64,000 nt of DNA from Deltaproteobacteria bacterium (GTDB taxonomy: Bacteria; Desulfobacterota; Deferrimicrobia; Deferrimicrobiales; Deferrimicrobiaceae), in assembly GCA_050263095.1 (NCBI GenBank), contig JBLNEW010000012.1:7572-71571 (forward strand), in the 5' to 3' direction. The position numbers were made by a program, and so were the translations under genes. Under the pieces are notes generated by a model. The model was given only the letters and a program-made list of their open reading frames with translations. It was not told the DNA's origin and ran no database searches. Shown here one piece after another: positions 60,843 through 64,000 of this stretch. How positions within the stretch are numbered: position 1 is the first letter of the stretch; each line of letters starts with the position of its first letter.

Positions 60843-60859
60843 CGGCGAGGGACGGACGT

Positions 60860-64000
<3,141 letters not shown>

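Overview
This is a high-GC (about 65%) bacterial chromosomal segment. RBS usage (GGAGG-type) and gene content are consistent with a Gram-negative, possibly Desulfobacterota, Nitrospirota or Acidobacteriota-like organism; I did not attempt a firmer taxonomic call. Nearly all of it is protein-coding, with frequent ATGA stop/start overlaps. I found no rRNA, tRNA, CRISPR array, transposase or integrase.

Main content, in order along the window:
- a 5'-partial multi-domain SDR gene
- a livKHMGF branched-chain amino-acid ABC operon ending in a translationally coupled WYL-domain regulator
- a bfr / rhodanese / FMN-binding-protein / PQQ-dependent sugar dehydrogenase operon
- trxB and cspA (with a strong terminator)
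- a HEAT-repeat protein coupled to an HD-GYP phosphodiesterase
- a DEAD-box helicase with a long leader
- two aldo-keto reductases, a PlsB-like acyltransferase, a spermidine-synthase-like fused membrane protein, pcm and a Lon-related protease
- an rpfC-like hybrid kinase convergent with an rpfF-like (DSF synthase) crotonase, in a locally lower-GC stretch
- several other sensor kinases and c-di-GMP enzymes (a GGDEF protein and a CHASE2-HD-GYP protein)
- mdh, pckA, ade/hpt purine salvage
- a partial carB at the 3' edge

The most interesting region is an SOS-type locus at about 50.6-60.3 kb. It contains an SRAP (YedK-like) gene, lexA, a putative ImuA/SulA-like gene and a small ORF. These are followed by a divergent NUDIX gene and a Pol II-like family-B DNA polymerase whose exonuclease and motif B/C catalytic signatures look degenerate. 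Three of these promoters carry copies of a 30-bp palindrome (core GGTATG-N4-CATACC; one copy is perfect). Each copy overlaps its gene's start codon, so it is most likely the LexA operator of this lineage. I regard the LexA box / ImuA-like / divergent PolB arrangement as a candidate undescribed mutagenesis cassette.
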